From contig OZ024760.1 in NCBI GenBank assembly GCA_964016885.1, positions 35,216,001-35,280,000 on the forward strand: a DNA stretch of 64,000 nt. Reading direction: 5' to 3'. Positions 12,201 through 26,000 of the stretch are shown piece by piece (within the stretch, counting starts at the first letter, position 1; each line of letters begins with the position of its first letter). The position numbers and the translations under genes were made by a program. The stretch comes from Eledone cirrhosa (lineage: Eukaryota). The notes under the pieces were generated by a model. The model saw only the letters and a list, made by a program, of their open reading frames with translations, was not told the origin of the DNA and ran no database searches.

Positions 12201-15200
12201 GTTGGAAGGGTGCCCTTACCTATGTTAGGAGGGTGCAATTGCATATGTTGGAAGGGTGCCGTTACCTATGGTAGGAGGGTGCCGTTACCTATGTTGCGAG
12301 GGTGCCGTTACCGCTGTTGGGAGAGTGCAGTTACCTATTTTGGGAGGGTGGCGTTACCTATGTTAGGAGGGTGCCATTACCTATGTTGGAAGGGTGCCAT
12401 TACCTATGTTAGGAGGTTGCCATTACCTATGTTGGGAGAGTGCCATTACCTATGTTAGGAGGGTGCCGTTACCTATGTTGCGAGGGTGCCATTACCTATG
12501 TTGGGGGAGTGCCGTTACCTATGTTAGGAGTGTGCCGTTACCTATGTTAGGAGGGTGTCATTACCTATGTTGGGAGGGTGCCGTTACCTATGTTGGGAGA
12601 ATGACATTACCTATGTTGGGAGGGTGCCGTCACCTATGTTAGGAGGGTGCCGTTACCTATGCTGGGAGGGTGCCGTTACCTATGTTGGGAGAGTGCCGTT
12701 ACCTATGTTGCAGGGTGCCGTTACCTATGTTGGGAGAGTGCCATTTCCTATGTTGGGAGAGTGCCGTTACCTATGTTGGGAGAGTGCCATTACCTCTGGT
12801 AGGAGGGTGCCGTTACATATGTTAGGAGGGTTCCATTCCCTATGTTGGTAGGGTGCCATTACCTATGTTAGGAGGGTGCCATTACGTATGTTGGGAGAGT
12901 GCCATTACCTATGTTAGGAGGTTGCCGTTACCTATGTTGGGAGGGTGCCATTAACTATGTTGGGAGAGTTCCGTTACCTATGTTAGGAGGTTGTCGTTAC
13001 CTATGTTGGGAGTGTGCCGTTACTTATATTGGGAGAGTGTGGTTACCTATGTTGGGAGGGTGCAGTCTCCTATGTTGGGAGAGTGCCATTACCTATGTTG
13101 GGAGGGTGCTGTTAACTATGTTGGGAGAGTGTGGTTACCTATGTTGGGAGGGTGCCGTTACCTGTGTTGGGAGAGTGCTATTACCTATGTTAGGAGGGTG
13201 CCGTTACCTATGTTGGGAGATTGACATTACCTATGTTAGGAGGGTGCCGTTACCTATGTTCGGAGGGTGCCATTACCTATGTTGGGGGAGTGCCGTTACC
13301 TATGTTAGGAGGGTGCCGTTACCTATGCTGCGAGGGTGCCGTTACCTATGTTGTGAGAGTGCCGTTGCCTATGTTGGGAGAGTGCCATTACTTATGATGG
13401 AAGGGTGCTGTTACCTATGTTGGGAGATTGCCATTCCCTATGTTGTGAGGGTGCCATTACCTTTGTTAGGAGGGTGTCTTTACCTATGTTAGGAGGGTGC
13501 CATTACCTATGTTGGAAATGTGCCATTACCTATGTTAGGAGGGTACCACTACCTATGTTGGGAGAGTGCCATTACCTATGTTTGGAGGTGACGTTACCTA
13601 TGTTGGGAGAGTGCTATTACCTATGTTGGGAGGGTGCCATTACCTATGTTGGGGGAGTGCCGTTACCTATGTTAGGAGGGTGCCGTTACCTATGTTGGGA
13701 GAGTGCCATTACCTATGTTAGGAGGATGCTGTTACCTATGTTGGGAGGGTGCCATTACCTATGTTGGGAAAGTGCCGTTACCTATGTTGGTAGAGTGCCA
13801 TTACCTATGTTGGGAGGGTGCCGTTACTTATATTGGGAGAGTGCCATTACCTATGTTGGGAGGGTGCCGTCACCTATGTTGGGAGAGTGCCATTACCTAT
13901 GTTGGGAGGGTGCTGTTAACTATGTTGGGAGAGTGTGGTTACCTATGTTGGGAGGGTGCCGTTACCTGTGTTGGGAGAGTCCTATTACCTATGTTAGGAG
14001 GGTGCCGTTACCTATGTTGGGAGTGTGCCATTACCTATCTTAGAAGGGTGCATTTACCTATGTTAGGTGGGTGCCGTTACCTATGTTGGGAGAGTGCCAT
14101 TACCTATGTTAGGAGGGTGCCGTTACCTATGTTGGGAGGGTGCCATTACCTATGTTGGGGGAGTGCCGTTGCCTATGTTAGGAGGGTGCCGTTACCTATG
14201 TTGCGAGGGTGCCGTTACCTATGTTGGGAGAGTGCCGTTACCTATGTTGGGAGGGTGCCATTACCTATGTTGGGAAAGTGCCGTTACCTATGTTGGGAGG
14301 GTTCCGTTACCTATGTTGGAAGGGTGCCGTTACCTACATTAGGAGGGTGCCATTACTTATGTTGGGAGAGTGCCATTATTTATATTAGGAGGATGCCGTT
14401 ATCTATGTTGGGAGGGTGCCATTAACTATGTTGGGAGAGTGCCGTTACCTATGTTGGGAGGGTGCCGTTACCTGTGTTGGGAGAGTGCTATTACCTATGT
14501 TAGGAGGGTGCCGTTACCTATGTTATGAGGGTGCCGTTAACTATGTTGCGAGGGTACTGTTACCTATGTTGGGAGAGTGCCATTATTTATATTAGGAGGA
14601 TGCCGTTACCTATGTTGGGAGTGTGCCATTACCTATGTTGGGAGAGTGCCATTACCTGTCTTAGAAGGGTGCATTTACCTATGTTAGGAGGGTGTCGTTA
14701 CCTATGTTGGGAGAGTGCCATTACCTATGTTAGGAGGGTATCGTTACCTATGTTAGGAGGGTGCCGTTACCTATGTTGCGAGGGTACTGTTACCTATGTT
14801 GGGAGGGTGCCTTTACCTATGTTGGGAAACTGCCGTTACCTATGTTAGGAGGGTGCCGTTACCTATGTTAGGAGGGTACCTTTACCTAAGTTGGAAGCGT
14901 GCCATTACCTATGTTGGAAGGGTGCCGTTAGCTATGTTGGGAGATTGCCGTTGCCTATGTTTGTAGGGTGCGTTACCTATGTTGGGTGAGTGCCGTTACC
15001 TAGGTTAGGAGGGTGTCGTTACCTATGTTAGGAGGGTGTCATTACCTAAGTTGGAAATGTGCCATTACCTATGTTAGGAGGGTGCCACTACCTATGTTGG
15101 GAGAGTGCCATTACCTATGTTACGAGGTGCCGTTACCTATGTTGGGAGAGTGCCATTACCTATGTTGGGAGGGTGCCATTACCTATGTTGGGAGAGTGCC

Positions 15201-15616
15201 AATACCTATGTTAGGAGGGTGCCGTTACCTATGTTGGGAGGGTGCCATTACCTATGTTGGAAGGGTGCCATTACCTATGTTAGGGTACCATTACCTATGT
15301 TGGGAGAGTGCCATTACCTATGTTAGGAGGGTGCCGTTACCTATGTTGGGAGGGTGCCATTACCTATGTTGGGAGGGTGCCATTACCTATGTTGGGAGAG
15401 TGCCAATACCTATGTTAGGAGGGTGCCGTTACCTATGTTGGGAGGGTGCCATTACCTATGTTGGAAGGGTGCCATTACCTATGTTAGGGTACCATTACCT
15501 ATGTTGGGAGAGTGCCATTACCTATGTTAGGAGGGTGCCGTTACCTATGTTGGGAGGGTGCCATTACCTATGTTGGGGGAGTGCCGTTACCTATGTTAGG
15601 AGGGTGCCGTTACCTA
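6241..15616 (+). repeat. Near-identical tandem duplication with a 4,680-bp period (copies start at 6241 and 10921)
   Basis: The printed lines match at offset 4680, and ORF pairs 6658/11338, 7530/12210, 8725/13405 and 9845/14525 are identical. I noticed only two substitutions (7205 G vs 11885 C; 7447 C vs 12127 G). Confidence 0.95.
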
Positions 15617-18600
15617 TGTTGCGAGGGTGCCGTTACCTATGTTGGGAGAGTGCCGTTCCCTATATTGGGAGGCTGCCTAAGTTGGAAGGGTGCCATTACC
15701 TATGTTGGAAGGGTGCCGTTACCTATGTTGGGAGATTTCCGTTGCCTATGTTGGGAGAGTGCCATTACCTATGTTGGAAGGGTGCCGTTACCTATGTTGG
15801 GAGATTGCCATTACCTATGTTGGGAGGGTGCCATTACCTATGTTAGGAGGGTGTGGTTACCTATGTTAGGAGGGTGCCATTACCTATGTTGGAAATGTGC
15901 CATTGCCTGTGTTGGGAGGGTGCCGTTACCTATGTTAGGAGGGTTCCTTTACCTATGTTGGAAGGGTGCCGTTACCTATGTTAGGAGAATGCCGTTACCT
16001 ATGTTGGGAGAGTGCCATTACCTATATTGGGAGAGTGCCATTACTTATATTAGGAGGATACCATTACCTATGTTGGGAGGGTGCCGTTAACTATGTTGGG
16101 AGAGTGCAGTTACCTATGTTGGGAGAGTGCCATTACCTATGTTAGGAGGGTGCTGTTACCTATGTTGGTAGAGTGCCGTTACCTATGTTAGAAGGGTGCA
16201 TTTACCTATGTTAGGAGGGTGCCTTTACCTATGTTGGAATGGTGCCGTTACCTATGTTAGGAGAGTGCCATTGCCTATGTTGGAATGGTGCCGTTACCTA
16301 TGTTGGGAGAGTGCGATTACCTATGTTGGAATGGTGCCCTTACCTATGTTAGGAGGGTGCAATTACATATGTTGGAAGGGTGCCGTTACCTATGGTAGGA
16401 GGGTGCCGTTACCTATGTTGGGAGAATGACATTACCTATGTTGGGAGAGTGCCGTCACCTATGTTAGGAGGGTGCCGTTATCTATGCTGGGAGGGTGCCG
16501 CTACCTATGTTGGGAGAGTGCCGTTACCTATGTTGGGAGAGTGCCATTACCTATGTTGGGAGAGTGCCGTTACCTATGTTGGGAGAGTGCCATTACTTCT
16601 GGTAGGAGGGTGCCGTTACATGTGTTAGGAGGGTTGCATTACCTATGTTGGTAGGGTGCCATTACCTATGTTAGGAAAGTGCCATTACGTATGTTGGGAG
16701 AGTGCCATTACCTATGTTAGGAGGTTGCCGTTAGCTATGTTGGGAGGGTGCCATTAACTATGTTGGGAGAGTTCCGTTACCTATGTTAAAAGGGTGTCAT
16801 TACCTGTTGGGAGAGTGCCTTTACCTATGTTGGGAGGGTGCCGTTAACTATGTTGGGAGAGTGCCGTTACCTATGTTGGGAGGGTGCCGTTACCTGTGTT
16901 GGGAGAGTGCTATTACCTATGTTAGGAGGGTGCCGTTACCTATGTTGGGAGAGTGCCATTACCTATCTTAGAAGGGTGCATTTACCTATGTTAGGAGGGT
17001 GCCGTTACCTATGTTGGGAGAGTGCCATTACCTATGTTAGGAGGGTATCATTACCTATATTAGGAGAGTGCCGTTACCTATGTTGGGGAGGTACCGTTAC
17101 CTATGTTGGGTGGGTGTCTTTACCTATGTTGGGAGAGTGCCATTACCTATGCTAGGAGGGTGCCGTTACCTATGTTGGGAGGGTGTCTTTACCTATGTTG
17201 GGAGAGTGCCATTACCTATGTTAGGAGGGTGCCGTTACCTATGTTAGGAGGGTGCCATTACCTATGTTGGAAGTGTGCCATTACCTATGTTAGTAGGGTG
17301 CCATTACCTATGTTGGGAGAGTGCCATTACCTATGTTAGGAGGGTGCCGTTACCTATGTTGGGAGGGTGCCATTACCTATGTTGGGGGAGTGCCGTTACC
17401 TATGTAGGAGGGTGCCGTTACCTATGTTGCGAGGGTGCCGTTACCTATGTTGCGAGAGTGCCGTTACCTATTTTGGGAGGTTGCCGTTACCTATGTTGGG
17501 AGAGTGCCATTACCTATCTTAGAAGGGTGCATTTACCTATGTTAGGAGGGTGCCGTTACCTATGTTGCGAGGGTGCCGTTACCTATGTTGGGCGAGCGCC
17601 GTTACCTATGTTAGAAGGGTGCCGTTACCTATGTTGGGAGAGTGCCATTACCTATGTTGGGTTGGTGCCATTACCTATGTTAGGAGGGGGCCATTGTCTA
17701 TGCTGGAAGGGTGCCGTTACCTATGTTGGGAGGGTGCCGTTACCTGTGTGGGGAGAGTGCTGTTACCTATGTTAAGAGGGTGCCATTACCTATGTTGGAA
17801 GGGTGCCATTACCTACGTTAGGAGGGTGCCGTTAGCTATGTTGCGAGGGTGCCATTACCTATATTGGGGGAGTGCCGTTACCTATGTTAGGAGGGTGCCG
17901 TTACCTATGTTGGGACAGTGCCATTACCTATGTTAGGAGGGTGCCGTTACCTATGTTAGGAGGGTGCCATTACCTATGTTGGAAGGGTGCCATTACCTAT
18001 GTTAGGAGGGTGCAATTACATATGTTGGAAGGGTGCCGTTACATATGGTAGGAGGGTGCCGTTACCTATGTTGCGAGGGTGCCGTTACCCCTGTTGGGAG
18101 AGTGCAGTTACCTATTTTGGGAGGTTGCCGTTACCTATGTTGGGAGAGTGCCATAACCTATGTTAGGAGGGTGCCGTTACCAATGTTGCGAGGGTGCCAT
18201 TACCTATGTTGGGGGAGTGCCGTTACCTATGTTAGGAGGGTGTCGTTACCTATGTTGGGACAGTGCCATTACCTATGTTAGGAGTGTGCCGTTACCTATG
18301 TTAGGAGGGTGTCATTACCTATGTTAGGAGGGTGCCGTTACCTATGTTGCGAGGGTGCCATTACCTATGTTGGGAGAGTGCCATTACCTATGTTGAGAGA
18401 GTGCCGTTACCTATGTTGGGAGAGTGCCATCACCTCTGGTAGGAGGGTGCCGTTACATATGTCAGGAGGGTGTCATTACCTATGTTGGGAGGGTGCCGTC
18501 ACCTATGTTGGGAGAGTGCCATTACCTATGTTGGGAGGGTGCTGTTAACTATGTTGGGAGAGTGTGGTTACCTATGTTGGGAGGGTGCCGTTACCTGTGT

Positions 18601-21600
18601 TGGGAGAGTCCTATTACCTATGTTAGGAGGGTGCCGTTACCTATGTTGGGAGTGTGCCATTACCTATCTTAGAAGGGTGCATTTACCTATGTTAGGTGGG
18701 TGCCGTTACCTATGTTGGGAGAGTGCCATTACCTATGTTAGGAGGGTGCCGTTACCTATGTTGGGAGGGTGCCATTACCTATGTTGGGGGAGTGCCGTTG
18801 CCTATGTTAGGAGGGTGCCGTTACCTATGTTGCGAGGGTGCCGTTACCTATGTTGGGAGAGTGCCGTTACCTATGTTGGGAGGGTGCCATTACCTATGTT
18901 GGGAAAGTGCCGTTACCTATGTTGGGAGGGTTCCGTTACCTATGTTGGAAGGGTGCCGTTACCTACATTAGGAGGGTGCCATTACTTATGTTGGGAGAGT
19001 GCCATTATTTATATTAGGAGGATGCCGTTATCTATGTTGGGAGGGTGCCATTACCTATGTTGGGAGGGTGCCGTTACCTGTGTTGGGAGAGTGCTATTAC
19101 CTATGTTAGGAGGGTGCCGTTACCTATGTTATGAGGGTGCCGTTAACTATGTTGCGAGGGTACTGTTACCTATGTTGGGAGAGTGCCATTATTTATATTA
19201 GGAGGATGCCGTTACCTATGTTGGGAGTGTGCCATTACCTATGTTGGGAGAGTGCCATTACCTGTCTTAGAAGGGTGCATTTACCTATGTTAGGAGGGTG
19301 TCGTTACCTATGTTGGGAGAGTGCCATTACCTATGTTAGGAGGGTATCGTTACCTATGTTAGGAGGGTGCCGTTACCTATGTTGCGAGGGTACTGTTACC
19401 TATGTTGGGAGGGTGCCTTTACCTATGTTGGGAAACTGCCGTTACCTATGTTAGGAGGGTGCCGTTACCTATGTTAGGAGGGTACCTTTACCTAAGTTGG
19501 AAGCGTGCCATTACCTATGTTGGAAGGGTGCCGTTAGCTATGTTGGGAGATTGCCGTTGCCTATGTTTGTAGGGTGCGTTACCTATGTTGGGTGAGTGCC
19601 GTTACCTAGGTTAGGAGGGTGTCGTTACCTATGTTAGGAGGGTGTCATTACCTAAGTTGGAAATGTGCCATTACCTATGTTAGGAGGGTGCCACTACCTA
19701 TGTTGGGAGAGTGCCATTACCTATGTTACGAGGTGCCGTTACCTATGTTGGGAGAGTGCCATTACCTATGTTGGGAGGGTGCCATTACCTATGTTGGGAG
19801 AGTGCCAATACCTATGTTAGGAGGGTGCCGTTACCTATGTTGGGAGGGTGCCATTACCTATGTTGGAAGGGTGCCATTACCTATGTTAGGGTACCATTAC
19901 CTATGTTGGGAGAGTGCCATTACCTATGTTAGGAGGGTGCCGTTACCTATGTTGGGAGGGTGCCATTACCTATGTTGGGAGGGTGCCATTACCTATGTTG
20001 GGAGAGTGCCAATACCTATGTTAGGAGGGTGCCGTTACCTATGTTGGGAGGGTGCCATTACCTATGTTGGAAGGGTGCCATTACCTATGTTAGGGTACCA
20101 TTACCTATGTTGGGAGAGTGCCATTACCTATGTTAGGAGGGTGCCGTTACCTATGTTGGGAGGGTGCCATTACCTATGTTGGGGGAGTGCCGTTACCTAT
20201 GTTAGGAGGGTGCCGTTACCTATGTTGCGAGGGTGCCGTTACCTATGTTGGGAGAGTGCCGTTCCCTATATTGGGAGGCTGCCTAAGTTGGAAGGGTGCC
20301 ATTACCTATGTTGGAAGGGTGCCGTTACCTATGTTGGGAGATTTCCGTTGCCTATGTTGGGAGAGTGCCATTACCTATGTTGGAAGGGTGCCGTTACCTA
20401 TGTTGGGAGATTGCCATTACCTATGTTGGGAGGGTGCCATTACCTATGTTAGGAGGGTGTGGTTACCTATGTTAGGAGGGTGCCATTACCTATGTTGGAA
20501 ATGTGCCATTGCCTGTGTTGGGAGGGTGCCGTTACCTATGTTAGGAGGGTTCCTTTACCTATGTTGGAAGGGTGCCGTTACCTATGTTAGGAGAATGCCG
20601 TTACCTATGTTGGGAGAGTGCCATTACCTATATTGGGAGAGTGCCATTACTTATATTAGGAGGATACCATTACCTATGTTGGGAGGGTGCCGTTAACTAT
20701 GTTGGGAGAGTGCAGTTACCTATGTTGGGAGAGTGCCATTACCTATGTTAGGAGGGTGCTGTTACCTATGTTGGTAGAGTGCCGTTACCTATGTTAGAAG
20801 GGTGCATTTACCTATGTTAGGAGGGTGCCTTTACCTATGTTGGAATGGTGCCGTTACCTATGTTAGGAGAGTGCCATTGCCTATGTTGGAATGGTGCCGT
20901 TACCTATGTTGGGAGAGTGCGATTACCTATGTTGGAATGGTGCCCTTACCTATGTTAGGAGGGTGCAATTACATATGTTGGAAGGGTGCCGTTACCTATG
21001 GTAGGAGTGTGCCGTTACCTATGTTGGGAGAATGACATTACCTATGTTGGGAGAGTGCCGTCACCTATGTTAGGAGGGTGCCGTTATCTATGCTGGGAGG
21101 GTGCCGCTACCTATGTTGGGAGAGTGCCGTTACCTATGTTGGGAGAGTGCCATTACCTATGTTGGGAGAGTGCCGTTACCTATGTTGGGAGAGTGCCATT
21201 ACTTCTGGTAGGAGGGTGCCGTTACATGTGTTAGGAGGGTTGCATTACCTATGTTGGTAGGGTGCCATTACCTATGTTAGGAAAGTGCCATTACGTATGT
21301 TGGGAGAGTGCCATTACCTATGTTAGGAGGTTGCCGTTAGCTATGTTGGGAGGGTGCCATTAACTATGTTGGGAGAGTTCCGTTACCTATGTTAAAAGGG
21401 TGTCATTACCTGTTGGGAGAGTGCCTTTACCTATGTTGGGAGGGTGCCGTTAACTATGTTGGGAGAGTGCCGTTACCTATGTTGGGAGGGTGCCGTTACC
21501 TGTGTTGGGAGAGTGCTATTACCTATGTTAGGAGGGTGCCGTTACCTATGTTGGGAGAGTGCCATTACCTATCTTAGAAGGGTGCATTTACCTATGTTAG

Positions 21601-23094
21601 GAGGGTGCCGTTACCTATGTTGGGAGAGTGCCATTACCTATGTTAGGAGGGTATCATTACCTATATTAGGAGAGTGCCGTTACCTATGTTGGGGAGGTAC
21701 CGTTACCTATGTTGGGTGGGTGTCTTTACCTATGTTGGGAGAGTGCCATTACCTATGCTAGGAGGGTGCCGTTACCTATGTTGGGAGGGTGTCTTTACCT
21801 ATGTTGGGAGAGTGCCATTACCTATGTTAGGAGGGTGCCGTTACCTATGTTAGGAGGGTGCCATTACCTATGTTGGAAGTGTGCCATTACCTATGTTAGT
21901 AGGGTGCCATTACCTATGTTGGGAGAGTGCCATTACCTATGTTAGGAGGGTGCCGTTACCTATGTTGGGAGGGTGCCATTACCTATGTTGGGGGAGTGCC
22001 GTTACCTATGTAGGAGGGTGCCGTTACCTATGTTGCGAGGGTGCCGTTACCTATGTTGCGAGAGTGCCGTTACCTATTTTGGGAGGTTGCCGTTACCTAT
22101 GTTGGGAGAGTGCCATTACCTATCTTAGAAGGGTGCATTTACCTATGTTAGGAGGGTGCCGTTACCTATGTTGCGAGGGTGCCGTTACCTATGTTGGGCG
22201 AGCGCCGTTACCTATGTTAGAAGGGTGCCGTTACCTATGTTGGGAGAGTGCCATTACCTATGTTGGGTTGGTGCCATTACCTATGTTAGGAGGGGGCCAT
22301 TGTCTATGCTGGAAGGGTGCCGTTACCTATGTTGGGAGGGTGCCGTTACCTGTGTGGGGAGAGTGCTGTTACCTATGTTAAGAGGGTGCCATTACCTATG
22401 TTGGAAGGGTGCCATTACCTACGTTAAGAGGGTGCCGTTAGCTATGTTGCGAGGGTGCCATTACCTATATTGGGGGAGTGCCGTTACCTATGTTAGGAGG
22501 GTGCCGTTACCTATGTTGGGACAGTGCCATTACCTATGTTAGGAGGGTGCCGTTACCTATGTTAGGAGGGTGCCATTACCTATGTTGGAAGGGTGCCATT
22601 ACCTATGTTAGGAGGGTGCAATTACATATGTTGGAAGGGTGCCGTTACATATGGTAGGAGGGTGTCGTTACCTATGTTGCGAGGGTGCCGTTACCCCTGT
22701 TGGGAGAGTGCAGTTACCTATTTTGGGAGGTTGCCGTTACCTATGTTGGGAGAGTGCCATAACCTATGTTAGGAGGGTGCTGTTACCAATGTTGCGAGGG
22801 TGCCATTACCTATGTTGGGGGAGTGCCGTTACCTATGTTAGGAGGGTGTCGTTACCTATGTTGGGACAGTGCCATTACCTATGTTAGGAGTGTGCCGTTA
22901 CCTATGTTAGGAGGGTGTCATTACCTATGTTAGGAGGGTGCCGTTACCTATGTTGCGAGGGTGCCATTACCTATGTTGGGAGAGTGCCATTACCTATGTT
23001 GAGAGAGTGCCGTTACCTATGTTGGGAGAGTGCCATCACCTCTGGTAGGAGGGTGCCGTTACATATGTCAGGAGGGTGTCATTACCTATGTTGG
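13845..23094 (+). repeat. Near-identical tandem duplication with a 4,629 then 4,606-bp period (copies start near 13845 and 18474)
   Basis: ORF pair 14067/18696 has offset 4629. Pairs 14525/19131, 15013/19619, 16196/20802 and 18309/22915 have offset 4606. The 23-bp shift is one monomer (about 14425-14447) missing from the second copy; about four substitutions were noticed. Confidence 0.93.
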
Positions 23095-26000
23095 TAGGGT
23101 GCCATTACCTATGTTGAGAGAGTACCATTACCTATATTGGGAGGGTGCCGTTACCTATGTTGGGAGAGTGCCATTACCTATGTTAAATGGGTACAGTTAC
23201 CTATGTTAGGACGGTGCCTTTACCTATGTTGGGAGGATGCCATTACCTATGTTAGGAGGGTGCCATTACCTATGTTAGAAGGGTGCCGTTACCTATGTTG
23301 CAAATGTGCCATTACCTATGTTAGGAGGGTGCCATTACCTATGTTGGGAGAGTGCCATTACCTATGTGAGGAGGTGCCGTTACCTATGTTTGGAGGGTGC
23401 CATTACCTATGTTGAGATAGTGCCGTTACCCATGTTGGGAGGGTACCGTTACCTATGTTGGGAGAGTGCCCTTACCTATGTTAGGAGGGTGCCTTTACCT
23501 ATGTTAGATGGGTGCCATTACCTATGTTAGGAGGGTGCCATTACGTATGTTGGGAGAGTGCCATTACCTATGTTAGGAGGGTGCTGTTACCTATGTTAGG
23601 AGAGTGCCATTACCTATGTTGGGAGAGTGCCATTACCTATGTTGGGAGGGTGCCCTTACCTATGTTGGGAGAGTGCCAATACCTATGTTAGGACGGTGCC
23701 GTTACCTATGTTAGGAGGGTGCCATTACCTATTTTGGTAGAGTGCCATTACCTATGTTAGCAGGGTACCGTTACCTATGTTGTGAGGGTGCCATTACCTA
23801 TGTTGGAAGAGGGCCGTTACCTATGTTGGAAGGGTGACATTACCTATGTTGGCAGAGTGCCTTTACCTATGTTGGGAGTGTGCCGTTACCTATGTTGGGA
23901 GAGTGCCATTACCTATGTTGGGAGGGTGCCGTTACCTATGTTGGGAGGGTGACGTTACCTATGTTGGGAGAGTGCCATTACCTATGTTAGGAAGGTGCCG
24001 TTACCTATGTTGGGAGAGTGCCATTACCTATGTTAGGAGGGTGTCGTTACCTATGTTAGGAGGGTGTCACTACCTATGTTGGGAGAGTGCCATTACCTAT
24101 ATTAGGAGGTGCCTTTATCTATGTTGGAAGGGTGCCATTACCTAGGATAGGAGGTTGCCATTACCTATGTGGGGAGAGTGCCATTACCTATATTAGGAGG
24201 ATGCCGTTACCTTTGTTGGGAGGGTGCCGTTAACTATGTGGGGAGAGTGACGTTATCTATGTTGGGAGGGTGCCGTTACCTATGTTGGGAGAGTGACATT
24301 ACCTATGTTAGAAGGGTGCCGTTACCTATGTTTGGAGGGTGCCGTTACCTATGTTTGGAGGGTGCCGCTACCTATGTTATTAGGGTGCCATTGCCTATGT
24401 TGGAAGGGTGCCGTTACCTATGTTGGGAGGGTGCCTTTACCTATGTTGGGATAGTGCCATTACCTAAGTTGGGTTGGTGCCATTACCTATGTTAGGAGGG
24501 GGCCATTGCCTATGCTGGAAGGGTGCCGTTACCTATGTTGGGAGGGTGCCGTTACCTGTGTGGGGAGAGTGCTGTTACCTATGTTAGGAGCTTGCCATTA
24601 CCTATGTTGGAAGGGTGCCATTACCTACGTTAGGAGGGTGCCATTACCTATGTTAGGAGAGTGCCATTACCTATGTTAGGAGGGTGCCTTTACCTATGTT
24701 GCGAGGGTGCCATTACCTATGTTGGGGGAGTGCCGTTACCTATGTTAGGGGGGTGCCATTACCTATGTTGGGACCGTGACATTACCTATGTTAGGAGGGT
24801 GCCGTTACCTATGTTGTGAGGGTGCCATTACCTATGTTGGAAGAGGGCCGTTACCTATGTTGGAAGGGTGACATTACCTATGTTGGGAGAGTGCCTTTAC
24901 CTATGTTGGGAGTGTGCCGTTACCTATGTTGGGAGAGTGCCATTACCTATGTTGGGAGAGTGCCGTTACCTATGTTAGGAGGGTGCCATTACCTATGTTG
25001 GAACGGTGCCGTTACCTATGTTGGGAGGGTGCCGTTACCTATGTTGGGAGAGTGCCGTTACCTATGTTGGGAGGGTGACGTTACCTATGTTGGGAGAGTG
25101 CCATTACCTATGTTAGGAGGGTGTCGTTACCTATGTTAGGAGAGTGTCACTACCTATGTTGGGAGAGTGCCATTACCTATATTAGGAGGTGCCTTTATCT
25201 ATGTTGGAAGGGTGCCATTACCTAGGATAGGAGGGTGCCATTACCTATGTTGGGAGAATGCCATTACCTATATTGGGAGGATGCCGTTACCTTTGTTGGG
25301 AGGGTGCCGTTAACTATGTGGGGAGAGTGACGTTATCTATGTTGGGAGGGTGCCGCTACCTATGTTGGGAGAGTGACATTACCTATGTTAGAAGGGTGCC
25401 GTTACCTATGTTGGGAGGGTGCCGTTACCTATGTTTGGAGGGTGCCGTTACCTATGTTATTAGGGTGCCATTGCCTATGTTGGAAGGGTGCCGTTACCTA
25501 TGTTGGGAGGGTGCCTTTACCTATGTTGGGATAGTGCCATTACCTATGTTGGGTTGGTGCCATTACCTATGTTAGGAGGGGGCCATTGCCTATGCTGGAA
25601 GGGTGCCGTTACCTATGTTAGGAGGGTGCAATTACATATGTTGGAAGGGTGCCGTTACCTATGGCAGGAGGGTGCCGTTACCTATGTTGGAGGGTGCCGT
25701 TACCGCTGTTGGCAGAGTGCAGTTACCTATTTTGGGAGGGTGCCGTTACCTATGTTAGGAGGGTGCCATTACCTATGTTGGAAGGGTGCCATTACCTATG
25801 TAAGGAGGTTGCCGTTACTTATATTGGGAGAGTGCCATTACCTATGTTGGGAGGGTGCCATCACCTATGTTGGGAGAGTGCCATTACCTATGTTGGGCGT
25901 GTGCTGTTAACTATGTTGGGAGAGTGTGATTACTTATGTTGGGAGGGTGCCGTTACCTGTGTTGGGAGAGTGCTATTACCTATGTTAGGAGGGTGCCGTT

